DNA from: Raja brachyura
Lineage: Eukaryota
Direction: 5' to 3'
Length of the DNA: 64,000 nucleotides
Assembly: GCA_963514005.1 (NCBI GenBank)
Contig: OY740795.1
Span: 1,488,001 to 1,552,000, forward strand
The position numbers and the translations under genes are program-made. Numbering within the stretch: the first letter of the stretch is position 1; every line of letters begins with the position of its first letter. Below are positions 1-14,092 of the stretch, in pieces. The notes under the pieces are model-generated. The model did no database searches and was not told the origin of the DNA. It was given only the letters and a program-made list of their open reading frames with translations.

Positions 1-660
1 TTTCTTGAAGTTGGAGACATCAATATTCATACCACTGGGTTGTAAGCTCCCAAGCAAAATATGAGGTGCTAGTTCTGTAATTTGCATGTGGCCTCAGTCT
101 GACAGTGGAGGAGGCCCACGATGGAAAGGTCAATGTGGGAATGGGAAGGGGAGTTAAAATGTTTGGCAACTGGTAGGTCTCGAAGGTCAAGGCGGACTGA
201 GCAATGGTGTGCCAGCAAAATGATCGCCCAGTCTGTGCTTAGTCTCGCCGATGCATTGGAGTCCACACATAGAACAGATACAGTAGACGAGGTTGGAGGA
301 GGTGCAAGTGAACCTCTGCCTCACCTGAGAGGACGGTCGGGGTCCCTTGCAATCCATCTCTCTCCGTCCCTCCACCACCCTACTCAACTTGCTAGTTTCA
401 CTGTTTGTATCCCTCCGTTATCACTTCATCCACAGCCAACAATGGACTATTGTGGGCTCTACCTTTCCTGACTCATCAATGCTGGCTCTCATTTGTTCTG
501 TACCTTTTCGTACCTCTAGTTTCCCTGTCCCCGACTCAGTCTGAAGAAGGGTCTTGACCCGAAATGTCATCTATTCCTTTTCTCCAGAGATGCTATTTGA
601 CCCACTGTGTTACAGCAGCATTTTGTGCCTATTTCGGTGTAAACTAGCATCTGCAATTCC
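1..660 (-). mobile_element. Penelope-like retroelement fragment (GIY-YIG endonuclease C-terminus) with an inverted terminal-repeat segment
   Basis: Minus-strand frames give YCICSMCGLQCIGETKHRLGDHFA and DLPVAKHFNSPSHSHIDLSIVGLLHCQ. These are followed by the 'ctgaagaagggtcttgacccgaaa' terminal motif that recurs throughout the window. Confidence 0.75.
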
Positions 661-1034
661 TATCAATACTCCCCTCACCTCTATCCACCTATTACTTACC
701 AGACTTTGTCCAACCCCCCCTCCCCCACCAGCACCAGCACCACAATCAATTATGAAGAATCCCAACCTGAACCCCAACCCACAGACCATCTTCTCCAGAG
801 ATGCTGCCTGACCCATTGTTACTCCTGCACTCTATTTTTTAGCACATCTTCAGTATTTTTAGTTTGAAGTAACAAAGGAAAGGTTATTGGTATTGAAAAT
901 ACCTTTATTTTTAAAAATCCTGTCGGAAAAGTAATGTTCTTATTGCGAGTCTGAAACACTCTAGCCCCGAAACCCCCTGTTCCCCATTGGTATCACTGTC
1001 TTTACAAAGTGATTTTGCACAATATGATGTTTAA

Positions 1035-1480
1035 GGAGAGGGGGGAGGGGAGGGGAGTGGAGGAGGGTAGAGGGGGGAGGGGAGGAGGGTAGAGGGGGGA
1101 GGGGAGGGGGGTTAGAGAGGGGAAGGCGGTAGAGGGGGGAGGGGAGCGGGAGGGAGAGAGAGAGGAGGGGGGGGAGAAAGACCGGGGAAGAGTGGAGAGG
1201 GGGGTGGAGGAGGGTAATGGGGAGGGGGGGGCAGAGGGTGGGAGGGGGAGGGGGAGAGAGAGTAGGGGAAGAGAGGGGAGGAGGGTGAGGGGGGAGAGAG
1301 AGCAGGGGGGAGAGAGGGGGAGGGGGAGAGACTGGGAGGGAGGAGAGAGGGGGGGGAGGAGAGGGGAGGGGGAGAGTGGAGAAGAGCACGGGGGAGAGGT
1401 GGAGGGGGGCCGGGCGAGTGAGCAGGCTGTGAAAAGTGGAGAGAGCCCGGGGAGAGAGAGGGGGGGGGGGTGGGAAGAGG
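1035..1480. repeat. G/A-rich low-complexity tract
   Basis: Nearly pure purine sequence; it explains the spurious Pro/Leu/Ser and Gly/Glu/Arg ORFs. Confidence 0.9.
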
Positions 1481-2979
1481 GTGTCCCCCCTCCCATTGGT
1501 ACGGAACTTTTGCATTTTTCAGCTTGAAATTGTGTAATATGGTGCATACTGTAGCGAGTCTTTTAACTTACACTTGAATGCAATATATATGCTTTAAATT
1601 GGATTAGCTATAAATGAGGTTAGAGTAAATTACATTCCCAATTACATTCCACAGTAGAGCCCAGGCTCCGATCCATACGTGCAGCACATGAATGATCTTA
1701 GTGTATTCATGTATGGAAATCAGATTATAATCAAACACTTGGCCCATGTTGACCAACCTGGGTCTCACTGCACATCTGGTACTACTCCTGACCCTGACTC
1801 CAGTTGCATACCTTCTCTCATTCCTGTCCCTGAGTCCAGCCTTACACCTGGCCCCTTATTCTACCCTGATCATAGCTGCTTATCTGCTTAGGTTCCCAGT
1901 GCTGAACACACCCCTGGTCCCAGCTTTGACTGCACACCTAGTACTATTCCAGACCTTGACTCTGGATGCAAACCTGGCCTTGCTCCTAGCCCCTTTGCAC
2001 TGACAATATATCTGGCCCACACATAAAGCCCCATATCTGACCCCCTGGACGTAACCTATTACGTTCAAGTCCACAGGTGCTTAGCTAATGCAGTAATCCT
2101 TTATGGGGCACTTCACAGACCAAATTATGGATAACAAAATTTGCTACATTCATTGGCTTCCTTATTATCTAACATGCTAGTCACTATGTCTAATAAGTCA
2201 TCAATTGGTTGAACACAATTTCCATCCATAAAATTATACTCACTCAGCTGTATAAGTATTCTGATACCATTTATTTCATTTTCGTAACAAACTGTCCTGA
2301 AGTCATCAGGCTAATTACAAATCAATACATTAGCCAACTCCAAAACATGAAGCGCTGAGCATTGGGATCCAAACATCATGGACAACTGGCCTCAGTTCCC
2401 CGCTCACATCTGGCAGTGATCTCCATCTGAACCAGGGGCCGTGGAGCGTTTTTGAAAGTGGGGAAGCTGAGCGATCACTGATCACTGGCCTTGGGGGTAC
2501 CCGGTGAGGGAGTGGGGAGAGGGTGTGGAAAGGTGTCCCCTCTCCCAGGGTAGGACCTTTTGAAATTTGATGTATTAAAATCATGTTTTAGTGCATTGTA
2601 GAAGTACGATTTCAATGTTTTTTGTATGAAGTATTTTTAAGAGGTATCGTTTTAAGGGGTAACGTTATTCATACAAAGGGTGGTGGGTGTATGGAACCAG
2701 CTGCCAGAGGAGGTAGTTGAGGCAGGGACCATCCCAACATTTAACAAACAGTTAGCCTGATCCATGGATAGGACAGGTTTGGAGGTATGGACCAAAAGCA
2801 GGTAGCGTAGCTGGGACATGTTAGCGGGTGTGGGCAAGTTGCGCTGAAGGGCCTGTTTTCACACTGTATCACTCTATGACCACATTATACCTCCACCATG
2901 CATGAATGCTTCAAAATCAAGTGATCGAGTTTTATTGCCATACTCAATTTATGGCAATAAGAGACAAGGAGAGAGGGGA

Positions 2980-3190
2980 TCTCTTGTCCCCTCTCTCCTC
3001 TCTCTCCCCTTCCCCTCTCCCCCTCTGCTCTCTCCCTCCCTCTCCCCTAACTCTCTCTCCCCCTCACTCTCCCCCTCTCTCCCTCCATTCTCTCCCTCTC
3101 TGTCTTTCCCCTCTCTCTCCTCTCACCCCCTCTCTCTCTCCCCCCTGTCTCCCTCCTTCCCATCTCTCTCTCCCTCTCCACCTCCCTTTG
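2980..3190. repeat. C/T-rich low-complexity tract
   Basis: Nearly pure pyrimidine sequence. Confidence 0.9.
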
Positions 3191-3920
3191 AGAGTCTCTG
3201 TCCCATCGGCACAGAGACTCTCGCGGCAGCGGTGCAATGCTTCTGACACCTCCGATCGGCCCGGGACTCTTGCACTGCTCCATGGCCGGAGCTGCAGCGA
3301 GCGACTCGCCAGCCCCGCAAACACTCGGCATTCCGTCCGCGTCCGTCTCCGCTGCTGCTTGTGCTTCCATCCCTCCCTCAGCCCCGGCTCTGCAACACCC
3401 GCGGACCATGCAGTTTATCTGAGTTTTGACATTTTCGTTGATCACAGAATTTCTCACCACAGAGTGTGAGAAATTTCTGATCAGCGTGAGGGCGTGAGAA
3501 TTTGTTAAAATGCGTGATTCTCACACTCAAAGTGTGAGAGTTGGCAGCCCTGAGAGAGGGAGAGGGGGGGGGTGGGGAAAAGTTTGAGGGGTTGGGGGGG
3601 AGCGTCGTCAGAGGTGAGGGCCGGTTCTCAAACGCAATAATCACTCGCTCCCGGCAGCGCGAGCAAGAATACAGCGTGGTTTCTTTCAAAGGTCTTGCGA
3701 GCGGCGTGGCCGGGCGAGTTCTTCAAGAGCAAGCTGGTGACCTCCGTTGACCTCGGGATCTGCAGAACTTCCTCGTTCTTTCTGCAATAACGACCGCTGC
3801 AGCCATGTTGTTGAACTTCAAGAAGCCCAGCGGAGTGCGCTGGACGACTTGATCACGTGCTCACGGGCTTCAATCCACGTAACTGGCTGCGCATTGAAAA
3901 TCTGCGCAGCTGGTCGCGAG

Positions 3921-4557
3921 ACAATAGAGAATAGGTTAAGGAGGAGGCCATTCGGCCCTTTGAGCCAGCACCGCCATTCAATGTGATCATGGCTGATCAT
4001 CCCCAATCAGTACCCCGTTCCTGCCTTCTCCCCATATCCTCTGACAGCTATTTTTAAGAACTCTCTCTTGAAAGCATCCAGAGAACCAGCCTCCACCGCC
4101 CTCTGAGGCAGAGAATTCCACACTCTCAACTCTCTGTGAGAAAAAGTGTTTCCTCGTCTCCGTTCTAAATGGCTTACTTCTTATTCTTAAACTGTGGCAC
4201 CTGGTTCTGGACTCCCCCAACATCGGGAACATGTTTCCTGCCTCTAGCGTGTCCAAACCCTTAACGGTCCTATACGTTTCAATGAGATTCCCTCTCATCC
4301 TTCTAAACTCCAGAGTGTACAAGCCCAGCCGCTCCATTCTCTCAGCATATGACAGTCCCGCCATCCCAGGAATTAACCTTGTAAACCTATGCTGCACTCC
4401 CTCAATAGCAAGAATGTCCTTCCTCAAATTAGGGGACTAAAACTACACACAATACTCCAGGTGTGGCCTCACTAGGGCTCTGTACAACTGCAGAAGGACC
4501 TCTTTGCTCCCATATTCGACTCCTCTTGTTATAAAGGCCAACATGCCATTTGCTTTC
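3921..4557 (-). mobile_element. CR1 LINE 3' fragment, interrupted at ~4558 and resuming near 5400
   Basis: RKDILAIEGVQHRFTRLIPGMAGLSYAERMERLGLYTLEFRR plus the CR1 3' UTR. Confidence 0.9.
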
Positions 4558-4558
4558 T

Positions 4559-5400
4559 AGGGGGCGTCGTCCAGTTGGTATGGCTGCCCAGCCTGCAGCT
4601 GTCTGTCTTTTAACTTCTTTCTAATATTTTTAGTGAGTTAGTGTTTTGTCTTGGAGTCTATTATTTTTTTATGTGGGGGGGGGGGGATGGGGAAGGGGGA
4701 GACTGCTTTTCCTGGTCGCTACCTGGTCGGAGGCAGCTTTTCTCCAGCTGCAACTTCAACCCGTTCTCGTGGCCTACCAGCGGGCCTGGAGCAGCGTTTC
4801 CTGAGGGGGCCGCCCAGAACCCCGGCTTCGGCGGCGGCTCAGCGCTGGAGCGCCGTCGCGGAGCGGAGCGGGCGATACCTTGCCTGGGTCGCCGCACTGG
4901 AGCTCCGGTATGCTGAGACCGCAGGTGAACATCGCGGAGCTGCGGGACTGTGGGGCGGCCGGCTGCGGGCGGCAGCGCTGAACTTTAACATCGGGAGCCT
5001 GGGATCTCTCGGCGAGGTCACCAGTTGTGGAGCTCCTTCCGGCGCGGCCTTGTCGGCTTCGGAAGCCACGGACTCTGGTAAGGATGCGGCCGTTCCAGGT
5101 GTCCCAAGCCGCTGTGAGGACTCTCCCGACGCCAGAGCACCATCACCCGGCAAGAAGGCCTAAAACATTGAGCCGCCGTAGCGCCGACTGCGGAGGCCTC
5201 AATAGGCCCGTCTATGGATGGACATGGGGATGGGACTGGACTTTGTGCCTTCCCCCACAGTGGGAACCATTGTGGCGGGATGTTTTTATGTCCATTGTTA
5301 ATTCCTTAGTGTTGGGTCTTATCTTTACCTGTGTGCTGCATGGCAAGACAAATTTCACTACACCAACTGGTGTATGTGACAATAAATGTCCTTTGTCCTT
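4559..5400 (+). mobile_element. GC-rich non-autonomous interspersed repeat with a LINE-like 3' tail; related copy at ~6120-7220
   Basis: Inserted into a CR1. Ends in gtgacaataaatgtcctttgtcc and shares blocks with 6120-7220 (cacagtggga, catgtgacaaataaatgtc). Confidence 0.6.
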
Positions 5401-5516
5401 TGCGTTCTTCACTGCCTGCTTTACCTGCATGCTACGAGAAGCAAAGGCATTGTGACGTCATGCAGCAGTTATATTTTAGTAAAAAACCTGGGAAATAGTT
5501 AACCAAATTTTCAGAT

Positions 5517-5935
5517 GAGGGAATTTTTGAAAATATGGATTTCCATATTTCAAGCTCCTGTACCTTCTTCCCGATGGCAACGGAGAGACGAGTGCGTGGC
5601 CAGGATGATGTGGGTTTTTGATGATGTTGGCAGCCTTTTTGAGGCAGCGACTGTGATAGATCCCTTCGATGGTGGGGAGGTCAGAGCCGATGATGGACTG
5701 GGCAGTGGTCACAACTTTCTGCATTCTTTTCCGCTCCTGGATGTCCAAGTTACCGAACCAAGCCACAATGCAATCAGTCCGTATGTTCTCTACTGTGCAC
5801 CTGTAGAAGTTCGAGCGAGTCCTCCTTGACATACCGACTCTCCGTAATCTTCTCAGGAAGTAGAGGCACTGATGTGCCTGCTTTATGATTGCATCAGTGT
5901 GCTGGGACCAGGAAAGGTCTTCGGAAATATGCACG
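5517..5935 (-). mobile_element. Rex1/Babar-type LINE ORF2 C-terminal fragment
   Basis: DLSWSQHTDAIIKQAHQCLYFLRRLRR...RCLKKAANIIKNPHHPGH...LPSGRRYRSL. Confidence 0.75.
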
Positions 5936-7309
5936 CAGCTGTCAGACAGTGATTCCTGTAAGGAAATGACCAATTGCATTGGGTTACAAGAGCAAAGCAG
6001 GAAGGTTTGCTTTGTGTAGAGAGGCCACTGGTAGGTTTGGATTGATCCTGACCTTGAATTTAAACCAATGCTCTTGACGTGCCGCAGTTGATGGGAAACG
6101 CTGGGAAGCAAAGGACTTTTTTTTTTTTTAATTTTAGTTTGTCTCAAAAGTTTGTTTTGGGGATTCTTTAGTTTCTCTATGTGGGGGAAGGGGCAGGGTA
6201 AGGGGGAAACCATTTCCAGTCACTTTGTGGGGAGGATGCGACTATTCTCTGAGTTGTGTCCTCGCCCCCCCCCCCCCCCCCCCTCCTCGCAGCCTAGCAT
6301 CTGGATTGGAGCGGCCTTTCCTGCCGGGGACCCAGACCAGAGCTTCAGCAGCGGAGTCGCAGCGCTGGATTCACCGCGGAGCTGGACTCGCTCGAACTTC
6401 TACAGGTGCACAGTAGAGAACATACGGACTGATTGCATTGTGGCTTGGTTCGGTAACTTGGACATCCAGGAGCGGAAAAGAATGCAGAAAGTTGTGACCA
6501 CCGCCCAGTCCATCATCGGCTCTGACCTCCCCACCATCGAAGGGATCTATCACAGTCGCTGCCTCAAAAAGGCTGCCGACATCATCAAAAACCCACATCA
6601 TCCTGGCCACGCACTCGTCTCTCCGTTGCCATCGGGAAGAAGGTACAGGAGCTTGAAATATGGAAATCCATATTTTCAAAAATTTCCTCGTGCCTGCCTG
6701 GATCGCCGTTTGAAGCTCCAGAGTGCTGGGCTCGCTGCTCCAACATCACGGAGCTGGGGTTTGAAGAGCTCCCGGTGCGGGCGATGCTGACCAACATCGC
6801 GGAGTCCTGGGACCCTTTGCCGAGGGCCGCCAGCGTTGAATCTCCGCTCAGCGCGGCCTGTGGACTTCGGGTAGGAAGTGGCTGATTCGGAGGTCCAAGC
6901 CACTGAGGTTGTCCTCCCGTTCCGACGTCGGAGCTCCAGCATCCCGGTGAGCGGGCCTGAATATCGGGCCATCCATAGCGGCGACTGCGGAGGGTTCGAG
7001 AGGCCCCGACCGCGGGGGAACATCAAGAACAACAGAGGAAGAGGACTGACTTTGGTGCATTCCCTCACAGTGGGAAACTTTGATTCTGCTGTGTGGGGAT
7101 GTTTTATGTTGGAGCCTATCGTGTGCTGTGTTCTATATTTTATTTGTATGGCTGTATGGTGACCACACATTTCACTGTACCAACTGGTACATGTGACAAA
7201 TAAATGTCTCTTGTATCTTGGGGTGGGCTTTATGCTGCTGTTTAATAGAGCTCTGGTTAGACCACATCTGGAGGTCTGGGTGTGATTCCGGGCAGCACTG
7301 CTCATGAAG

Positions 7310-10300
7310 GATAGACAATAGGTGCAGGAGTAGGCCATTCGGCCCTTCGAGCCAGCACCGCCATTTGCTGTGATCATGGCTGATCATCCACAATCAGTAC
7401 ACCGTTCCTGTCTTCTCCCCATACCCCTTGACTCCACTATCTTTAAGAGCCCTATCTAGCTCTCTCTTGAAAGTATCCAGAGAACCGGCCTCCACCGCCC
7501 TCTGAGGCAGAGAATTCCACAGACTCACAACTCTCTGTGAGAAAAAGTGTTTTTGCATCCCGTTCTAAATGCCTTACAACCTTATTCTTAAACTGTGTCC
7601 AAACCCTTAATAATCTTATATGTTTCAATAAGATCCTCTCTCATCCTTCTAAATTCCAGAGTATACAAGCCCAGCCGCTCCATTCTCTCAGCATATGACA
7701 GTCCCACCATCCTGGGAATTAGCCTTGTGAACCTACGCTGCACTCGCTTAATAGCAAGAATGTCCTTCCTCAATTTAGGGGACCAAAACTGCACACAATG
7801 CCCCAGGTTTTGGATCACTAGGACCCCGTACAACCGCAGAAGGACTTCTTTGCTCCAATAGTCAACTCCTCTTGTTATGAAGGCCAACATGCCATTCGCT
7901 TTCTTCACTGCCTGCTGTACCTGAATGCTTACTTTCATTGACTGATGTACAAGGTCCCCCAGATCCCGTTGTACTTCCCCTTTTCCCAACTTGACCATTC
8001 AGATAATAATCTGCCTTCCTGTTTTTGCCACCAAAGTGGATAACCTCACATTTATCCACATTACACTGCATCTGCCATGCATCTGCCCACTCACCCAACC
8101 TGTCCAAGTCACCCTGCATTCTCATAGCATCCTCCTCACAGTTCACACTGCCGCCCAGCTTTGTGCATCTGCAAATTTGGTAATGTAACTTTAAATCCCC
8201 TCATTTAAACAATTGATGTATATTGTAAATAGTCGAAGTGAATAACCTCACAATTATCCACATTATACTGCATCTGCCATGCATCTGCCAACTCACCCAA
8301 CCTATCCAAGTCACCCTGCTGCCTCATAGCATCCTCCTCACAGCTCACACTGCCTCCCAGCTTTGTGTCATCTGCAAACTTGGAGATGTTATATTTAAAT
8401 CCCTCGTCTAAATTGTTAATATATATTGTAAAGCACTGCGGTCCCAGCACCGAGCCTTGCGGTACTCCACTAGTCACTGCCTGCCATTCTGAAAGGGACC
8501 CGTTAATCCCTACTCTTTGTTTCCTGTCTGCCAACCAATTTTCTATGGATGTCAGCAGTCTACCCCCAATACCATGTGCCCTACTTTTGCTCACTAATCT
8601 CCTATGTGGGACCTTATCAAATGCTTTATGATTGACTCCAGCATCTACCCCACCACCGATGTCAGGCTAACTGGTAGATAATTCCGTTTTCTCTCTTCCG
8701 CCGTTCTTAAAAAAGTGGAATAACACTATCCACCCTCCAATCCACGGGAACTGATCCTGAATCTATAGAACATTGGAAAATGATCACCAATGCGTCCACA
8801 ATTTCTAGAGCCACTTCCTTAAGTACCCTGGGATGCAGACCATCAGGCCCTGGGGATTTATCAGCCTTTAGTCTCATCAGTCTACCCAACACCATTTCCT
8901 ATCTAATGTAGATTTCCTTCAGTTCCTCCGTCACCCCAGATCCTCTAGCCACTAGTACACCAGGAAGATTGTTTGTGTCCTCCTTAGTGAAGACGGGTGT
9001 GTGTCCTTGGAGGTGGTGCAGCGGGTGCGTCCCCTCCAGGGGCAGTGGCAGTGCGAGAGAACTAGTTGGAATATCAGGTCTGGTTCTATGCTCCCTAAGG
9101 TGTGGAGAATTGAAGGTGTAATTGGGGAGATTAAAATAACCACTGGATGCACTGGAGCAGACGAAGAATCTGCTTCCTCTGCTGTGGATCCAAACGAGGA
9201 CAAAAAACATAAACATGGCATCCAGGATATTGAGGGCACTGGAAGCCCAGAACTGCCCCTGGAAGCTGTCAAGACTGGGGTTCAGTTGAAAGTTTCCACA
9301 TGGACAGAATGTTAGAAACATAGAATCGTAGGCCATTCAGCCCTTCGTGCCAGCATTGCCATTCAATATGATCATGGCTGATCATCCAAAATCAGTACCC
9401 TGTTCCTGTTTTTTTCCCATATCCCTTGATTCCGTTAGCCCAAAGAACTATATCTAACTCCCTTGAAAACATCCAGCGATTTGGCCTCCGTTGCCTTCTG
9501 TGGCAGAGAATTCCACAGATTCACAACTTTATGGGTGAAACGGTTTTTCATCATCTCAGTCCTAGGCCTACCCCTTATTCTGAAACTCTGGTTCTGGACT
9601 CCACAAACATCGGGAACATTTTTCCTGCATCTAGCCTGTCCAATCCCTAAAGAATCTTATATGTTTCTATAAGATCCCCTCTCATCTGTCTAAATTCCAG
9701 TGAATATAAGCCCAGTCGACCCATTCTTTCATCATATGTCAGTCCTGCCATCCTGGGAATTAACCTGGTGCACCTACGCTGCACTCCCTCAATAGCAAGA
9801 ATGTCCTTCCTCAAATTAGGGGACCAAAACTGCATTAATAATACTTTAGGTGCGATCTCACGAGGGCCCTGTACAGCTGCAGTAGGACCTCCTTGCTCAT
9901 TTCCTCAAATCCTCTCGGTATGAAGGCCAAAATGCCATTCGCTTTCTTTATGCCTGCTGTTCCTGCATGCTTACTGTCAGTGATTGATGTACAGGGAAGC
10001 ACAGGTCTCGCTGCACTTCCGCTTTTCCTCATCTGACACCATTCAGATAATAATCTGCCTTCCTGTTCTTGCCACCAAAGTGGATAACCTCACATTTATC
10101 CACATTACACTGCATCTGCCATGCATCTGCCCACTCACCCAACCTATCCAAGTCACCCTACAGCCTCATAGCATCCTCCTCGCAGCTCACACTGCCACCC
10201 AGCTTTGTTACATCCGCAAACGTGGAGATGTTACATTTGATACCCTTGTCTAAAATCGTTAATATATATTGTAAATAATTGGGATCCCAGCACCAAGCCT

Positions 10301-11340
10301 TGCGACACCTCACTCGTCATTGCCTGCCATTCTGAAAAGGACCCGTTAATTCCTACTCTTTGCTTCCTGTCTGCCAACCTGTTTCTAACCATGTCAATAC
10401 CCTATCCCCAATACCGTCAGCTCTCATTTTGCACACAAATCTCTTGTGTGGGACCTTGTCAAAGGCTTTTTGAATGTCCAGATACACCACATCCACTGCC
10501 TCTCCCTTATCCATTCTACTTGTTACATCCTCAAAAAATTCCAGAAGATTAGTCAAGCATGATTTCCCCTTCATAAATCCATGCTGGCTGACCGATCCTG
10601 TCACTGCTTTCCAAATGCGCTGCTATTACATATTTAATAATCGACTCAAGCATCTTCCCCACTACCAACGTAAGGCTAACTGGTCTATAATTCTGTTTTC
10701 TCTCTCCCTCCTTTCTTAAAAAGTGGGGTTATATTAACTACCCTCCAGTCCACAGGAACTGATCCAGAGCCTATAGAACATTGGAAAATGATCACAAATG
10801 CATCCACGATTTCTAGGGCCACCTCCTTGAGTGCTCTGGGATGCAGACCATCAGGCCCTGGGGATTTATCAGCCTTCACCCAGGGCCTGATGGTTTACCC
10901 AACACCATGTCATGACTAATGTCAATTTCCTTCAGTTCCTCCATCACGCCACATCCTCGGTCCCCTAGTATTTCTGGGAGGTTGTTTGTGTCTTCCCTAG
11001 TGAAGACAGAACCAAAGTACTTGTTTAACTGGTCTACCATTTCCTTGTTTCCCATTATAAATTCATCTGTTTCTGACTGTGAGGGACCTACATTTGTCTC
11101 ACTTAATCGTTTCCTCTTCACATACAGCACAGTATCAAAAAATGTTTTTACGGTCAGTTTTTATATTCCCCACAAGCTTTCTTTCATACTATTTTCCCCT
11201 CTTAATTAACCCCTTTGTCCTCCTCTGCTGAATTCTAAATTTCCCCCAGTCCTCCGGTTTGCTGCTTCCTCTAGCCAATTTATACACCTCTCCTTGGATT
11301 TAACACTATCCCTAATTTTCCTCGTTAGCCACGGTTGATC
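7310..11340 (-). mobile_element. Cluster of decayed CR1 LINE ORF2 fragments
   Basis: RT motifs GVPQGSVLGP, FADDTKL, KSPGPDGLHPRVLKE and QHGFMKGKSCLTNLLEFFE across several broken frames. Confidence 0.9.
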
Positions 11341-13319
11341 CGCCTTCTTTGGTGATTGAAGGACATAGAACCAAGGTGGATAAATGGAGTTCCAACACAG
11401 AGCAGCAGAGAGTGGGGATGGGCTGGAGGGCTGAAGAACCGTTTTAATGATCCTCTATGCATGGGACAAATTTGAACACAATCTCTGCGTGCAGCTGTTG
11501 ATTTACCAGAAGCACGTTTCATATTTTGACTGTCGACGGGCGTGTGAAACTGGACAGTGATGTGGGGACTATTCCCTTCACCTCCGATTTCCGGTAGGAG
11601 ATGGCAGCTTGTCTTAATCTGAACAGGGGGCCTCCCACAGGGAACAGACTTGCTAAAAAGAACAAGCAGGCTGCTTGACATATGGAAATATGTTCCTGAC
11701 TTAAGGACCAACATCTATAAACAATTCTTACATTACTGAAAAGATAACTGACCAATAGGACTGAGTCTGAAGAGAGAGGACGATGAAGAGATGAGCTTCA
11801 TGCAAGTGTGGAGAACATTGATTTTTAGAAAAACAACTCAGCATTTGGTCGGATTAAACCTCATTTTCCATTTCCCGTGCCCATTTCTGAGCTGATCTAT
11901 ACCCTCTATACTTTAGTGTGCATCTGCCCACTCACCCAACCTATCCAAGTCACCCTGCAGCCTCATAGCATCCTCCTCACAGACCTATACTCTATCATCC
12001 TTGTTCACTGCCCGCAGATCCCTGCAGAACTCAGCTGGTCACAGACTTCCAGTCTGAATAATGCCCTTCACCACAACCCTCCATCTTCCAACAGTAAGCC
12101 TGTATTGAAGCAGACGACAAAATCACTATGAATGCCGTGCATTTTGACCTTCTTGGGCCAACCAACCATGGAGAACTTTCACAAATGCCTTACTAAGGTC
12201 CATATAGACAACATCCACTGCCCTAACTTCATCGATCACCTTTATCACCTCCTCAAAAAAAATCATTCAAGTTAGTAAGACATGATCTGCGGCGTACAAA
12301 GCCATGCTGATGGTCCCTAAATAGGCCATCGTCTTCCAAATGGTAGTAAATCCTATCCCAACGAATCCTCTCCAATTGCTTCCCTACCACTGATGGGAGG
12401 CTCAACAGCAAAGCATACTTTGGAATACAAGTGGAACCAAAACATTCATACCCCGGGAGAAAGAAAATACTGAATGTGTAATCTATCTCTGTCGTCTGTA
12501 AATTAGTATTGCCTGTGTATATGTCTAAATGCCTTTTAATTATTGCTGTTGTATCCGCTTCCTCAACTTCCCCTGCTAATGCATTCCAGACATCAATGTT
12601 TTATACAATCTTCATAGGCCTTATCTACTGTCTTATGCCTGAGGACATCGAGCACCTCCATGTCCATAATACACACCATCCTCAAGACGTCTCCATTAAC
12701 TGTCCCTCGTTCCTGTAAAAGGACAAATGGCAATGGTAAAAGTGAGGTTGAAAGGGAAACAGGACATCTGTTCAGCTGCCATGGGAGTTGGATTGGGCTG
12801 CGTTTGTTGCTCTATGTCTGTTAGAGGAGCACGATTTAGAACTGTTGTGAAACCATTCTGAAGAAGGAACAGATGCTCCGCAGAACGTCTCTCCCTGGGA
12901 TCTCCTGCCATTGACCCGTCCAGCAGCACTTGGCTGCTCCCTTGACTGGGCAACCTCCCGTCTCTCAGTACAACCACTTCCCTTAGTGTTGCACTTCCTG
13001 TTCTTGAAAACGTGGATCAAATGACCCATGGCTGACACAGATCAAAGGGTTTTCTAAGTAGTGATGGCACACCTGTCCAGTACTGAAACTCTTTTTTAAT
13101 CTCTGGGAGAGAAAATTCCTCAACAATATATAATCCTCCTTCCACCCAAGAAATTCTGGTTCACATTGATTTTTCCAAGGTTGGTGGAGGCAGAAGATTC
13201 TGCAAATTAGTTTTGATCAATTCAGTCCCTTTCCCTCACTGCATGGGTTCTCTCAGTCAATCTCTCTCAGGGGGCTAACTTTACACTGCTCATAGTTTCT
13301 CTGCAGCTTTCAGTCTCTC

Positions 13320-13353
<34 letters not shown>

Positions 13354-14092
13354 AGAGGGTTATCTGTATACTGACCGGTGAACCTCACTCCCTCTCTCTC
13401 AGCTTGATATCTGTACACTGAGTTGTGAATCTGTGGAATTCTCTGCCACAGACAGCAGTGGAGGCCAATTTGCTTGATGTTTTCATGTGAGAGTTGATAT
13501 AGCTCTTAATGCTAACGGAATCAAGGAATATGGGGGAAAAGCAGGAACGGGGTACTGATTTTAGATGAACAGCCATGATCAGAAGGGCCAAATGGCCTAC
13601 TCCTGCACATATTTTTCCGTTCTACAGTGACCAGTGTCTCCCAATCCCTCTCTCTTGGGATATTTGTACACTGACAGCTAGTGCTCTCTCTCTCTCCTCC
13701 CCACCCCCCCTCTCTCTCTCTCTCCCCCCCATCTCTTTCTCTCCCCCTCCCCCTCTTTCCCCCTCTTTCCCCCTCGCTCCCTCTCTCCCTTCTCTAAACG
13801 GATCGGTCTCCCTCATTCCCTCACTCTTGGGACATCTACACTGTCCAGTGTCCCACTGTCAGGGGTATATCTGTACACTCTTTCATGGGATATCTACAGT
13901 CTGACACCATTATACCAGCCAAGCTCATCACCAAACTCGAGGGACTTGGAGTCAGTACTCACCTCTGCAAATGCATCATTGACTTCAGTTCAATTCAGTT
14001 TATTCTCATGTGCACCGAGGCACAGCGAAAAGCTTTTGTTGTGTGTTAATCTGTCAGCAGAAGGACAATGCGTGATTACAATCAAGCCATTT

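Noticed and set aside
961-1547. Proline-rich ORFs of ~180 aa
   Set aside because: They are translations of a low-complexity purine tract.
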